A stretch of DNA of 64,000 nt, from assembly GCA_023213395.1 (NCBI GenBank), contig CM041465.1, positions 229,283,741 to 229,347,740 of the forward strand, read 5' to 3'. Position numbers and translations under genes: made by a program. The notes below the pieces were generated by a model that was not told where the DNA came from, ran no database searches, and worked only from the letters and a program-made list of their open reading frames with translations. Within the stretch, counting starts at the first letter, position 1; each line of letters opens with the position of its first letter. This DNA comes from Cycas panzhihuaensis (Eukaryota > Plantae > Cycadophyta). Below, one piece after another: positions 43,053 through 55,633 of this stretch.

Positions 43053-44695
43053 ATTTCAAAAGCAAGATGGCAAGATAGAGACATCATTTCTCTCTCCCTT
43101 TTGAGTGGCTTGGGGAACCAATTTTTGAATGGACTTTGAGGAATGTTGATATTCTAAATTTGAGACAAGAATACGCTTGATTGCATTGGTTAGAACCAGG
43201 GTCAACATCTAAGTCTAAGGTGCAAATTCTTTCCCAACCAAAGCAGAAGATAGAAGACAACAGGAAAAAGAAGATCAACAGTTGTTCGGGGACGAAGGGA
43301 AGACAAGTATGGAGGAAATGATGAGGCTCATTTTGGTCCTCATCATCCTTTGAACTGATTACCTTTTCTTTCTTTCATGATGATTTTGTAAGCCTTAGGG
43401 CAATCTAAATTAGAAATCTTAGTCCTAGAATGTTGTCTTTTCTGCCTTGGGAAAAATGCCTATTATGGCAATAGCTTGATGTATTTTGTACAGTGACATA
43501 ACTCTTGATTTACCAACATATGCAATGTGGTAACCCAGTAGTTATTGATAGACAGCTAATGGCTAGCCATAAACATGTGAATGGATGAAGACATTGTGTT
43601 TTGAATGATGACAACTTACCAAGAATTGTGGGTAGTTGTCATAACTTACTAGGCCATGTATAAATACTTTTCTCATTGTTAATGAAGACATAAAAGGGAT
43701 TTTTCATAGTTTGTTGGTTGTTTTTCCTTCTGTGTTGGTGTGCACGTTCAGCCCATCTCGTACAAAAACCTCTATGTCGATGTTGAGGACGAGAGGGAAA
43801 TGCTGCCAACTACAAGGGCAACACTACGAGACGGTGCCTATATACCTTAGTTTCTCTCTGATTTTGTTTGTTAGGCCATTTATTCTACATAGGGTGTATA
43901 ATAGAATCATGTGAATGGAAAGACAATAAGCAAAACAGTTTGATAGAAGTTTGATTATTGTTGCATAGCCTTAGTTTGGTGACTTCTTAGTTTGCTAGTT
44001 CACAAGCTTACATACCTTGGGTTGACACAATTTCCTTAGTGGGGTTCTATAGAACTTTTGTTGAAGTTGCAGAACCAATTCAAGAGGGATCACTTCCGTT
44101 AAATGTATATCAATTTCTACAACATCAGATAACCTACTGGTCCAAGTCTACTGGGTTTCTAGTCTTGTCTTGCACTGTAAACATGAATAAACATTACCTT
44201 TTTAGTAAGGCATCATTGCATATGCATCTCCACTGAAGTCAAAGGATCATGTAAACAAATACTTTGTACAATGCCAAACATCCCATATCTCAAAGTCAGA
44301 TCTAAGCAATTGCAACGGTTCAAAATCTTTGGAAAACCATAAATAGACCTAATGGATATCATTCTCAATTTGTTATAAAATTGTGAAATCTATATCTAAC
44401 GAATTGCAGACCAGCCTGGCATCAAGCACTACTAGGATCCATAAAACACACTTAGTACAAGGTCCAATAGTGCAATTTAGCCTGAGTGGACAAAAAATAA
44501 TTCATCATTCAAATAAAATCTCCCTTGCTTTTGCAAATTCTGTTCAGAAGATTTTTGACAGAAGCATTATCACCTCATAAAAATAAGCATGGACAGGCTG
44601 TTACAAACATAAAGTAACTCCCCAGTGAAAATGTTAAATTGGAAACAATGAATTGGAACAGAACATAAACGAATATAATGATTAAGTCCTGAATG

Positions 44696-44940
44696 TCAAA
44701 TTATGTGAGCTTTATCTCCTGTTTCACAAATCAAGACAGCCTTGTCTGCCTGCAATCGTGCAGCTAACTCTGGTTGGACTTTTCTGTACTCTTTCTGAAC
44801 AAACAATGTTGCATCATGTGCAAATTTGGCATCAATAAAAGCTACACAGCAGCCTCGAAATCCTGCCCCACTAAATCTTGCACCAAATACACCCGGTGCC
44901 TTCAAGAGAATCTCATAAAGTTGTATCAGTGGCTCACAAC
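44696..44940 (-). CDS. GALAK: Galacturonokinase (GHMP kinase family), last exon
   Basis: (G)CEPLIQLYEILLKAPGVFGARFSGAGFRGCCVAF...VLICETGDKAHII*. GHMP C-terminal motif in the plant GALAK form; AG acceptor at 44941-44942; TGA at 44696-44698. Confidence 0.95.
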
Positions 44941-45793
44941 CTGCCTCACATAAGATTCCAGAGAACAATTAGCTGACTGTATCTCTAAGTAATAAAAACT
45001 CCACATGAGAACATTTGATGATATTCTAAGGCAAGCAGCTAAAATATGATGTGCAATCTTCCAAAGTTTTTAGCTGTGATCCTTGGGCAATTAACTGTTA
45101 CATGAAATAACTCAATAATTTCCTACTTAAATTATATAGTGACAGCGGATAAGTGGACAAAATCAAAACTATTTCAAGAATTGTTGCTCATTCCATGGGC
45201 TTGCAGCTTGTATGTATATTTTTGGAAAGGCAATTTCTGTTTTCTCCATATCACATGCATTGACAATGAATTACTAGTATTAAAAAACATGAAGATAGAG
45301 TGACAGAAGGTGAATGAAGTGAAGGAGAAAAGGCTTGTAAAGTTGGCAGGCTGTGTATATTTTTCATGGAAATACATGCAAGAACACAGCTTGTAAACCT
45401 CTTGTTTCCAACACCACTGTACTACAGGGCTAAAAGATTTTGCAACATGGCCTTGCAGTGTCATGCACTAATATTCATGTAAGATGGACCAGAATAGGGT
45501 ACATTTTCACTTTCAGACCATTATTTTATAGCCTGCAGCTTGTTTTTTCCTCTGAAAGTTTAATGTTCTGATTTTTGTTGTTTTTTATTTTCCACCTCTT
45601 TATTTATTTTTTCAACAGTTGTTTGCATTGATGAAAACCAGTCTGAATATGGTAGAGAAGTACGTCATCTCTATCTTTCATCCCAAGGGTTTCCTCATTC
45701 CTCACCAGAGACAGAAAAGAGGATGTTTGAAATATAAGAAACAATACAAGCTAAACAAATTTCCTTGAGACATGCAAGAGAATTGAAGCATAC

Positions 45794-45883
45794 CGCATTC
45801 ATAATTCTGAATAGAACTTAAACCAGACTCTGACATCAGCTTCCCAAACTCTTCCAAATTTCCACAGGACCATGCTTTAATAC
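45794..45883 (-). CDS. GALAK: Galacturonokinase, penultimate exon (90 nt, phase 1-1)
   Basis: (G)IKAWSCGNLEEFGKLMSESGLSSIQNYEC(G); ccag| acceptor and |gtatg donor; frame-compatible with both neighbouring exons. Confidence 0.94.
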
Positions 45884-46111
45884 CTGGAATATCTAGGAAA
45901 GCAATAGACAATTAGCCTCACCAAAATATAAGTATCGTTTTTAATATTTTTTTAAATAGACGTGCATTCTGAATTTCGGTTGCATTTGTTGATTTATAAA
46001 ATGATGGAGAAATATTTCAACGCAAAATAAAATAAGGATCCCTTGATTAAGCATTATAAAAATTGCGTCTAGGAATTATAGTTTCATTTCTAACCGCATG
46101 AATGAACAGAC

Positions 46112-46181
46112 CTGCAAAAACTCTGGCATTTTCTGAAAAATAGTGTTCTGATCTCCGAGCTAGAGAACCCTCTAATTTCAT
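46112..46181 (-). CDS. GALAK: Galacturonokinase, third-last exon (70 nt, phase 0-1)
   Basis: MKLEGSLARRSEHYFSENARVFA(G), matching the GALAK AKRAEHYFSENxRV motif; tcag| acceptor and |gtctg donor. Not in the ORF track. Confidence 0.92.
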
Positions 46182-46728
46182 CTGAGACAATAAACATGTT
46201 ACCTATCTTAGCATTAGGATCTGTAGGTAAACCTTAACATGATTAACCTCAATACTATTAATTAAGATTTGGGTTTTAAAGGAAAAGAGAAAAAGTCTCG
46301 TGAAGCATGCTAGTCCATAAGTTATATATTGAAAAGAAACAAGCAAAGAATATCATAAATGACATTCCGTATCAAGAATTTTCTGTACTCAACATGATAG
46401 ACAAGAATGACATTTATGTATTTGCAATGATCCATTATTCAGGCACACAAACTATGTTTTTGGCAAACATTGGTTCTATTGACAGAAATAAATGAAATTA
46501 TGCCATGAAAGCTACATTCTCTCGCCAAAATCATGTTGTTCTTTATATACCATGGAACACACTCCGTTTGAATAAATATGTGCAAACCATATTGTTAATT
46601 TTAGCTGCAAATACTTACAAAGCGAGACAGCATATGGAAGTGCACATAATATCCCAACTGGTTGACATAAATGACCTATATAACCTAGCAACTAACATTG
46701 ATGGGTTTGTTAGTACAGCAGATGCTTA

Positions 46729-47189
46729 CAGCGCGGTCCCATGCAGGGGGCTGGGCTGCTATTTTTTTGGCCCAGCTGGTCCCATGCAGGGTATGGCACC
46801 TCGCTGGCAGGAGAAAAGTGAATCTTCTCCGAATTATCTGGAGTGGAATCGCTCTTCTCCAAGGGTTTTGAGCAGCAGAAAATTTGTGCCGCTGAATTGA
46901 GCGGAATCCGCTCAAGTAACTGTTTGAACAGGTGGCAGTTATTGATTGCACTTCAAAATTTATCCGCTGAATATGATCTCATCCTCTTGGCGCCAAATAT
47001 TTTAGGCATTGATTTTCCTGACACGAGACCTGGCACGGGAAACAGAAACCAAACTGTTTGCCGCGAGACCTTGCACGGGGAAACGGAAAAATCCCAGCAT
47101 GGAACCCCATTCCCCAGTTCTGCTCCATGAAAACCGGAGCGCAACCCGCTTTGGGTTATCTGGAAACCCCCCCGCATGGGACCGCGGCC
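46729..47189. mobile_element. PIF/Harbinger (Tourist-like) MITE, 461 bp
   Basis: TTA on both flanks (46726-46728 / 47190-47192). Terminal inverted repeats cagcgcggtcccatgcaggggg vs reverse complement ggccgcggtcccatgcgggggg. GC/CpG-rich island in AT-rich intron; no transposase. Confidence 0.85.
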
Positions 47190-47303
47190 TTAGGGTCTAT
47201 TAAAATGAGAAGATGTAATCCTGTTACCAAATTTGATCTGCCATTCAGAAGACCGCAGAAACACACACACACACATATGCACATTTTCATCTCATAGGAC
47301 ACT

Positions 47304-48423
47304 TGTAATGCACCCTTCATGGTTCTTCCTTGCTTATAAAAGTGTATATTGTAAATACATGTATATAAGTTGGATTGATCCTATGCAGATTATTCCTCAA
47401 GGGGAAATCTGAATAACCTTTGAATAATAATGGCTTATATATTATTATAGGAAGAATATCAAAAGAGAAAAGTTGAAGGCATGTGCTTGAAAAGGCAAGG
47501 GAACTCTTCCCAAGCCAAAGATAGGAAACCAAATAGACCAAACTGGTGTAAAATCCAGCCATGCTGTTTGAGAAGACAATTAGACCTAGTGATATAGGAT
47601 GGAAATAAAGCTGGGCCAATTGTTATAAAAGAGAAGGAACAATGTTATAGATTTTTACTAGTGGTTTCTTCCTCTGAGATGTCAAGGAAGCTTTGCAAGT
47701 AGTAGTGGAGATGCTCATTGTCTAAGCTATCTTTGAAGAAGAAGCAGAAGCTTCCAAGAAGCTTGAGATTGATAGCAAAGACTAGAAAAGTTGGTGATGG
47801 AGTGCTTGTGTAGGGGGCAAAAGCTACACCCCAATTTGGGAATTAACAGGTCGGTTTTGATGAGTAAGCAAGCAGGATACATGTGAAGTGATCGGTTTTG
47901 AGGAATAACAGGCTGGTTGATGGCTTCAACAGAGACACATCACTTCAGTTTTCATATACAAATTCAGTTTATGTATAGTCAAAGCAGTTTTGCTGGCAAC
48001 ATACACAGCTTGATGAGCAGATGACTCCTCACTTGTTTTTGGATTATCAATTATGATTAGTTTTGTTGTGTATCTTTTCATTGTAATGTAATCTTGCATG
48101 CATAACCACTAGTTTCACATCAGTTCTGAATAGATGGATTATTAGCATCAGTTGCAACCCTCGGTAATTGGTGGGATTCATGGGCATTTATACTCAATGT
48201 TGATAGCAAGTTGACTGTGTGATATTGTATCTTTTCTGTTGTCATCTAACAAGAGAGTGAAACAATCTCAGTTGATGAAAACTTGTTGATAATATATGGT
48301 GTTCTTCCACATTTTTGTGTTGTTCTTAATATTATGCATGTGAATACTGGGTGGACTTCAATGAGAGAGAAGCATAAGAGTAAGATCCAAGTTCTTGACA
48401 GGTGAGAATTTATGGGTATAACA
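47304..48423 (+). mobile_element. Possible solo LTR (Gypsy-like)
   Basis: Starts tgtaatgcaccc, has a TATA box at ~47624 and ends gggtataaca; no matching TSD found. Confidence 0.35.
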
Positions 48424-51037
48424 AAGCCAGATATAGCGCAATAACATGGATTCCATTGCTTACCATGAATCTAATGAGTCTGGAATGAATAGGATTAAGG
48501 TCAGATCAACGAGGCAACAATCAAGTGGGAAAAACCAGGCACTAGGCATAAAAAACAAACCAGTAGTAAGGCAAAACTGAAGTTGGGGATTTCAAGGAAT
48601 GAAAAGTATCAAAAGCCCTGGTCACTGTAAAAATGGATTCTAACTCAGCTCATATGCACAGTTAAGGGTCTTTTGAAACCATCAAGACGGAGGAACAAAA
48701 GCCACCATCAAAAGCTGAAATGAAGAGGAAAATTAGATCAGACAAGGAGGATGAAGGCAGAGGGAGGAGTCTATCCCAAGCCAAAGTGCTACTATATTTC
48801 AAAAAACCCAAAAGAGTTCCTTCTTGTGCTCTGTTTGCTTTACCTTCAAGGCAAAGTATTCTTCCTTCTATCTTTTGTATTCCTCTCACAAGTCCTATTT
48901 GATCCATGTACTAAAGCCTCTACATCCTGTAATGAGAGTTGGAAACCCTTTCTATAACACACCGAGAAAGTTTATGTATTCTTGTTTATAGCCCTAATAG
49001 GGGCCATGTATTGTAACCCCAAGTGGGACCACAATTACTATTGTCACCCTAAGGACTTAGGTGTGTAAAAGAGATTGTCTGGTGGAGGAAGTCATCACCT
49101 ATAAAAGAGGTATTTATAAGACCCTCAAGGGGTGACTCCAGACTATTCACCTCAACAATAGCTTCCTACATCATTTCTAGTGACCTTTAATGTGGTCATT
49201 CCATGTAATATTTAAGGAGAGGTGAATTGAGGTAGAAGGCATTTGTCAAAAAAGAAAATTCCACTTTCAATTTAACCTCAAAGAGCTTAACCACAAAAAA
49301 TCAAAAGCAGATTATGAAAAGTGGTTCCTAGGAGGTGATTTTTCATTAAAGGACTAAGTGGCAAACCTTTCATATAAGACTTTTCTTCCAAATTTTCAAG
49401 AGAAGGCAACTCCAAAAATTTCTCTTATATAAAACTTGATGAGTGAGGCAAATCATCATGCCATTACATAGACAAGGGGAGACTGTTGGAGCAAGGAGTG
49501 GTGAAAAAATTGTAAAGAAACACAAGTCAAGGAAGAATGTCTTCATTAATCATAGTCATCTCTCATCATTAACTTATGGAAGCTGCTAAGTTCTATATGA
49601 GAAGACCATACAATTTATTCATGTAAATAGAATTTATTATTTTCAATTTCTCCTTTTCTTCCAACAAGGATTCATATATATATATATATATATATGGAAG
49701 ATCTGTATGATTTTTCATTAATTGCAATAAAAGACTGTTTTTTGTTTTAGTGGACTCATAAGTCTTTGCTGCTAGATAGTATGACCCTGGTATAGTCGTA
49801 TGGCTGTGCATAGGTCTGTACATGGGCATACAAGATAGAGTGGAACTCCCAAGTGTACTTTGTTAAAGTAGGAACTGTCATGATCTGAAGTTGATTAACA
49901 ATTTTAACAACTGAAATTATGCAAGTAATAACGATTTGGGAATCTATACAACTGTATGCATAGTGAGTGTATGGCTTGAGATGTATGTAGACTGTACAGG
50001 TGCATTAATGACAATTATAAATTCTTGTGCATAGTAAATGATTGTTCAGTATAATATTTTTAGTAGGTGATTGCCGTGATATGATAGAAGTTAAAACAGA
50101 ATGAATAAAGCCACTTTATAGGTAACCCACAGCTATATACACAGTAGCCATATGGCTTGTTCTGTAGAAAGATCATACAACAACCTTGAAAAGACTAATA
50201 ATCACTATTAGGACTGTCATAAAAGCCTAAAATCAGACTCGGGAATGTATGTCATCATGTTGCATAATGAAATTGACAAGTAGTAAATTCGTAAGTGCAT
50301 TTAAAACATGAATGGGCATTAAATAAATAACCATGCACATAGGTATGAAATGGCTGGAAATTTGTTGCAGCAGTCATATGTGGTCATTATGAGATACTAA
50401 ATGCATTAAATAAGTAGGAAATGCACATGTTATGATGGTATGTTATTAGTTGCTTCATTAGTATGTATTGTGTTGTTCACATATATGGAAGCCATAACAA
50501 TATGTAAATTGTTGTATGGCAATGATATGATGATGTTAAACAAAATGACGTGGTTGCAATAGTATGAAGATAAGAATTTGTTTTTTTGTCATTTAATTAA
50601 TGTTGTAATTGGAATGATGCAAGTACTATGAAGATTTTCTATTTTACTTGCAATCATGTGAATGCAATGAAATGCTTTTGAATGCAAGTAGTTGATGAAT
50701 ATTTTTTTGTTGTAATTGCAATTTTATTTAATGCCATGGTTTAATTAAATGGGGTCATGTTGTAAAACAATAACACCCAAGCATAATAATAAATACAAAA
50801 TCTCAAACTTGCAAACACCAGACCATGGTAACCACCCAACCATTCTAAGCTTATGTAAATGACCAAAGAACATTGAGTTCTTGGAGTCGCAAAGTGAATT
50901 GAGTGTTTAGGAGTTGTCATCCACAAGCATCTGTTGCTAAGTGATATCTTGAGCATGTCACCACAAGATAGATTAACCCTCTTGGGAAGGAATAAGTATT
51001 GAGGCCTATGATATAACCAAAGATTAGGGTGACCAAT

Positions 51038-52809
51038 TGTAGCGAGCCCAACTCAAATATAGTGAATAGAGATAATATTCCAATAGATCATAGTAATATT
51101 CCACAATATTTCACAGTAGATTGCATACATTTACAACAGGATTTCCTTACGATATTCATTCAACAGAAATACCATTCATTCATCCCTACAATACATTATC
51201 CATCCATTGGTATTTACAGTAGTGAAAATAAATGATAATAATAAATAACAATAACAGAACTTGGTACATAATCTAACAGTTGCAACCTTCTTCAAAGTGG
51301 GGGCGGTCCTCCAACAGGCACAAGGCCCTAATGGTGTGAGGCCATTATACCAAAGTGGTAATAAATTCTCCAAGATTGATTTACAAGTGATCAAGCGTTT
51401 TCTATTTATAGCCTTTATTTTCTCTCTCAAAACCAACTCCTAAATTCTCCCTCTACAAAAAATCGACTTCATAATAAAATATAATAAATGATTCTTCCTT
51501 TAATCCTCCTAAAACACAGACTTCATAATAATAATTTTCTCTATAGGAAAACTGACTTCTTCATTTTGGGAATGCTACAATTCCCCTCCCCTTAAAATAA
51601 TATTTCGCCCTTAAAGTATTGAAAATTGCTTGCCTCCTAGCTTTGTTCAACTTGACCAGTTCTTCTAGCCACCACCTGTTAGATCCTGTATGTCATAAAG
51701 ATTTGGTTTGATCTTGCATCTTCTAGGGGATTTTGTTGACAAGCATCCTGAATTCACTAATGCTTGTTCCTAGGGCCAAGTCCATGTTGTATCCTATCCT
51801 ATATTGAAAGGATCTTGAGACCTATGAAGTGCCTCGGATGCCTTGTCTTGATCTTGCTTTGTGTTTGCACATTTTGTCCTTTGATGGAATGGCTATGGAA
51901 TGATAGGTGATTGAAATGCTGAGAAATTTTGTGGGAGAAGTTATGATGGATTTTGGGAGATTGGTAAAAGAATCGATCACAAGGTCTTGAATTGATGATT
52001 ATTTAGCAAAAAAGAAAAAGGAAGAAGTGGAATTTTGAATGATTATGAACCATAGCTTTGAAGGTATAGAAAGAAAGGATGAAGTTTGGATTTTGACTTG
52101 AGCAAGAATTTGTGAAGTGTTTGTTTGACCACCAGAATTCTTTGGGAAAAGTATGGATAAGGGATTAGTGATAGACATTCTTTATGAAATAAAGAGTTTA
52201 ATAGAGTTTTAGAAATGGTATTTAGAGAAAATACAAGATTTAATGGAAAAAAATAATATTGGTAGTATGGAAATGAAGGGGATTGGGACAGACCAAATGG
52301 GTTTGTGTAGGGAATAATCATCATACTATGTGATGAAACTTGATGAAGTGAGGAGGGATGGTTTAGAATAGCTTGATGAGAGAAAGCCCTAAGGGGGGAA
52401 AATTTGTGTAAAGATAGTATTAGACTAGGGTTGTAAAAGGGGATTGGAATTTATCCTACAATGAAATAAGAGCTAAGGTGCCCTCCACAATACTCCCAAA
52501 AGGGCCAAAAATATTGCAGTCCAAGACTTCTTCAATGATGTAAAATGAGGCCGCAAATCGTCTTTAAATAGGCGGCCGAAAGATAGTAATAGAAGTCGGC
52601 CAGAAAACGTGATAATCTTCTTAATACTGTTCAAATAGAAGTCGGCCAGAATTTCTCAAAAAACTAGCAAGATGACTTTAAATAGCCATAACTTTTGATA
52701 TAGATGTCAGAATTAACTTTCGTCATGACCGTTGGAATCGTTGTTCAGAGGTCTTCGATTTGAATGGTAATAAGCTATAATTTTTTTTACCATATTTTGG
52801 AATGCTACA
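51038..52809 (-). mobile_element. Truncated/chimeric relative of the 8657-19170 non-autonomous element
   Basis: LTR 51038-51579 (tgtagcga...ggaatgctaca) plus PPT. 51580-52470 is homologous to 9241-10070, and ~52480-52809 is homologous to the distal half of the 8657-type LTR. No TSD. Confidence 0.8.
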
Positions 52810-54062
52810 CATTCATTAGGTAGAACACCAGTTGTATAAAATATCAACATATTCTTAAGTGAAGAAAGTCACATTCATGCCATCTTCCACAAAAAGAAGG
52901 AAAAAAGCACCATTACAAATGGTGATGAGGAGGGCAAATTAGTTATGCCTCCAAACTATTACATCTAGCATAAGTTGAAATAAATTTGGCATAAGCTAAA
53001 ATAAATGCAATATATAAAACATGTCTTCATTCCTATAAATCTGTTAAATATGGTTGTTGCAATAGCAGCAACAACTACAGTTTGTTGCATAAATACTGAA
53101 GGAAATGCAAGGTCCTAATATAGCTATCCAAAATACACACAAATCTGAAATATTGCCATGGACACTGCTCCTTAACAGGCAACCATTGATGTTCCTAAAG
53201 CGATGTAAATGATGATAGTTGTAACCTCCAAAGAATGCACAAGCTCCTTTACTAATACTTTGTACAAACCTAGATTCACACTTGGTGTTGTGTGCCCAAA
53301 ACAATTGACAATAGGTACTTCAAGAGGTATCCCACAAAAGCTCAAGATTTGTTCTGTTGAGCTTCAGTATCAATCATTATAAACTCTAATTATGCCTTAG
53401 CTACTTTATGTCATAATAGAAAAATCAGACATTCAAATTCTGTTTTAAATTATTACTTGCAATCTTTGGTAACATAACTATAGAAATTCTTATGTCCAAT
53501 GCAAATTCATTGATGGGAAACCATCTTATAAAGCTCTTCCCTTTCATTCGCAACAATTCTTGCTAACGACAACGTGCTGAAATGTTCAAGCATCAAACAC
53601 TTGTAATGAATACAATTACCAGTAGGACTTTCGAGTATTTTTATATCCACAACTGCAATATTTTTTCTCACATTAAAAGGAAAAAGCCTTACTCTCTTCA
53701 ATCTCCAATTATCAATATTGATAAACCCAAATGCACTACTCAAATCTAATATTGCAATTGTTCAAGCTCTGAGGAAAAATCGATTTCCCAAAATTTCAAA
53801 ACATTTTTTAGAATTTTGGTCCTTTGTTAACAAAGGAATAAGAAGTCAGAAAAGTCCTTGAAATGAATTATTCTTGGTAGTTCGCCACAACTTCCAATTA
53901 CTAGATGTGCCTTTTCCCTTTATTGTCCTGCCTCTACAACAAATCTCTACCCTGTGAATGTTCAATAGTATTTGGGGTTTTAAAACCCACAAAATCATCA
54001 CCATCAAAGCCCTTTAATCTTTATGTGTAGGAACCTGTCCAGCTACTGCAATCTTCAGATAG

Positions 54063-54221
54063 CGCTACCATTGCGGTCCAGGAGATGACGTCCCTTTCAG
54101 GCATTTTGTCAAACACTTGGCATCCGTCCTCGATGAGATAGTTTCTTATAAAGTTACATGGTTCAAATCTAGCTACGATTAAATGGGCATGGACTTGTTT
54201 GTCCTCTGTCAAGTCTCTCAT
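54063..54221 (-). pseudogene. PLS-class pentatricopeptide-repeat gene fragment
   Basis: MRDLTEDKQVHAHLIVARFEPCNFIRNYLI-EDGCQVFDKMPERDVISWTAMVA; classic PLS-PPR motifs with an internal deletion. Confidence 0.88.
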
Positions 54222-54533
54222 CGATCCATTAGAAGTGGTATAACTAAGAGCATCTCCAGATTCAAACTCCAAATCGTCACAACTTCCAACACCATGCTTT
54301 TGAAAGGCCTGAAAATCACGCATTGATACTTGATAGGGAAAGTAACAAATCCATTTCCTTCTTGAATAAGCCCCTTTCCAATGTTCTCAGCTCAGGTTAT
54401 TGCTATGATAAGCCCATGACGACCACTACATGTTCCTTTGACATCCTGAATAAGTTTTATGATGAACTTACCATGCAAGTGAGGTCCATGGATGCAATTA
54501 CATATTGCATTCCAATATAGTGTGAAACGCCAA
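54222..54533 (-). pseudogene. NRPB7: Intron-less pseudogene of RNA polymerase II subunit 7
   Basis: Translated across frameshifts: [102 protein letters not shown]. Matches the plant RPB7 consensus; two stops and two deletions. Confidence 0.92.
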
Positions 54534-54539
54534 TATAAT

Positions 54540-54822
<283 letters not shown>

Positions 54823-54962
54823 TTCTCAATTCAATGCCTATATGAAATGCCTTTGGACGAAGTTTTCAGTATAATAGCATAGGGTATTAGACTGCGAGAA
54901 TACTCCCATAAATATTAAGCATTCTGGTCCTACTTCAGGTCGCCTTTCTCCAATGCCAAAAG

Positions 54963-55420
54963 AGGCCCAATTGATTCTTAGGGCATTCATACAAAAGATG
55001 GGCAAGCTCCCTGCATTCGTAGCACTGACTCTTGTCTTTATAAAACCTACGTTTGATAAACTCGATGGCTCTACCATTATCTATAACAATGGAGATCTTG
55101 AGGGTTCTTTTGTTGAGAATCTTACCTTGCATTTCCCTAACAACTTTCTATGCATCCTCTTGGGCCGTGAAGATTACAAAAGCAATGGCTTTGCTTTGTC
55201 TGGAGTGCCTATCCTTGAGAACAATAATAACTTAAAAACTATAGGAAGCATTTCCATTGCATTCAATGCATTTTATGTTCTCCTCAAAGTGGGGACTGTT
55301 CTGAAAATTTGGAGGAGGGAGATCTGCCAAGGAGGGTGATGCCAAGACCACCTTGCCATTTTCATCCTAATTTGAAATGAAAAGAGGATATTGTTGCAGA
55401 GGAGGAGTTGTCTTCAAAAT
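54963..55420 (-). pseudogene. SNRNP31: Pseudogene fragment of U11/U12 snRNP 31-kDa protein (ZCRB1-like; RRM + CCHC zinc knuckle)
   Basis: Core 54963-55231: [86 protein letters not shown] weaker N-terminal remnant (GGL..) lies at ~55340-55420. Confidence 0.88.
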
Positions 55421-55633
55421 TTATTGTTGCATAAAGATATTTGAAAATTTATGGATGTAAAAGCAGTTGTAAATATGGAGTCAACTACCATAACTGAAGC
55501 TAAAGAATAAATGATTGTGCAGTTATGGCCCATTTTAGAAACCAGGTTCCAAAATTTCAATCAAATAATATTCATACATCCCAGGTTTGAGAGGTGCCAT
55601 TCCAAGAGAGAGGATGGTTACCTCTCAAAACTT

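Larger units (their letters stand above)
37050..44092 (+). mobile_element. Non-autonomous LTR element (~770-bp LTRs 37050-37814 and 43319-44092; ~1.2 kb own internal sequence)
   Basis: Direct repeats; TSD CTTCC (37045-37049 / 44093-44097); PBS-like tggcaatgattttgggga after the left LTR; purine-rich PPT before 43319; no pol motifs. Confidence 0.87.

Noticed and set aside
44941-44968. ORF-track N-terminus (MFSGILCEA) of the GALAK exon, and similar extensions of the 45702-45911 ORF
   Set aside because: These lie beyond canonical splice sites and are intronic.
44696-46181. Galactokinase (GAL1) or arabinokinase identity
   Set aside because: GARFSGAGFRGCC, SSIQNYECG and HYFSEN match plant galacturonokinase rather than the GARLTGAGWGGC motif of GAL1.
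46505-47297. Cluster of six overlapping ORFs
   Set aside because: Explained by the high GC content of the MITE; no recognisable domains.
49012-50960. Possible additional Gypsy LTR starting tgtaacccc with a TATA box at ~49100
   Set aside because: No defensible 3' end, partner LTR or TSD could be found by eye.
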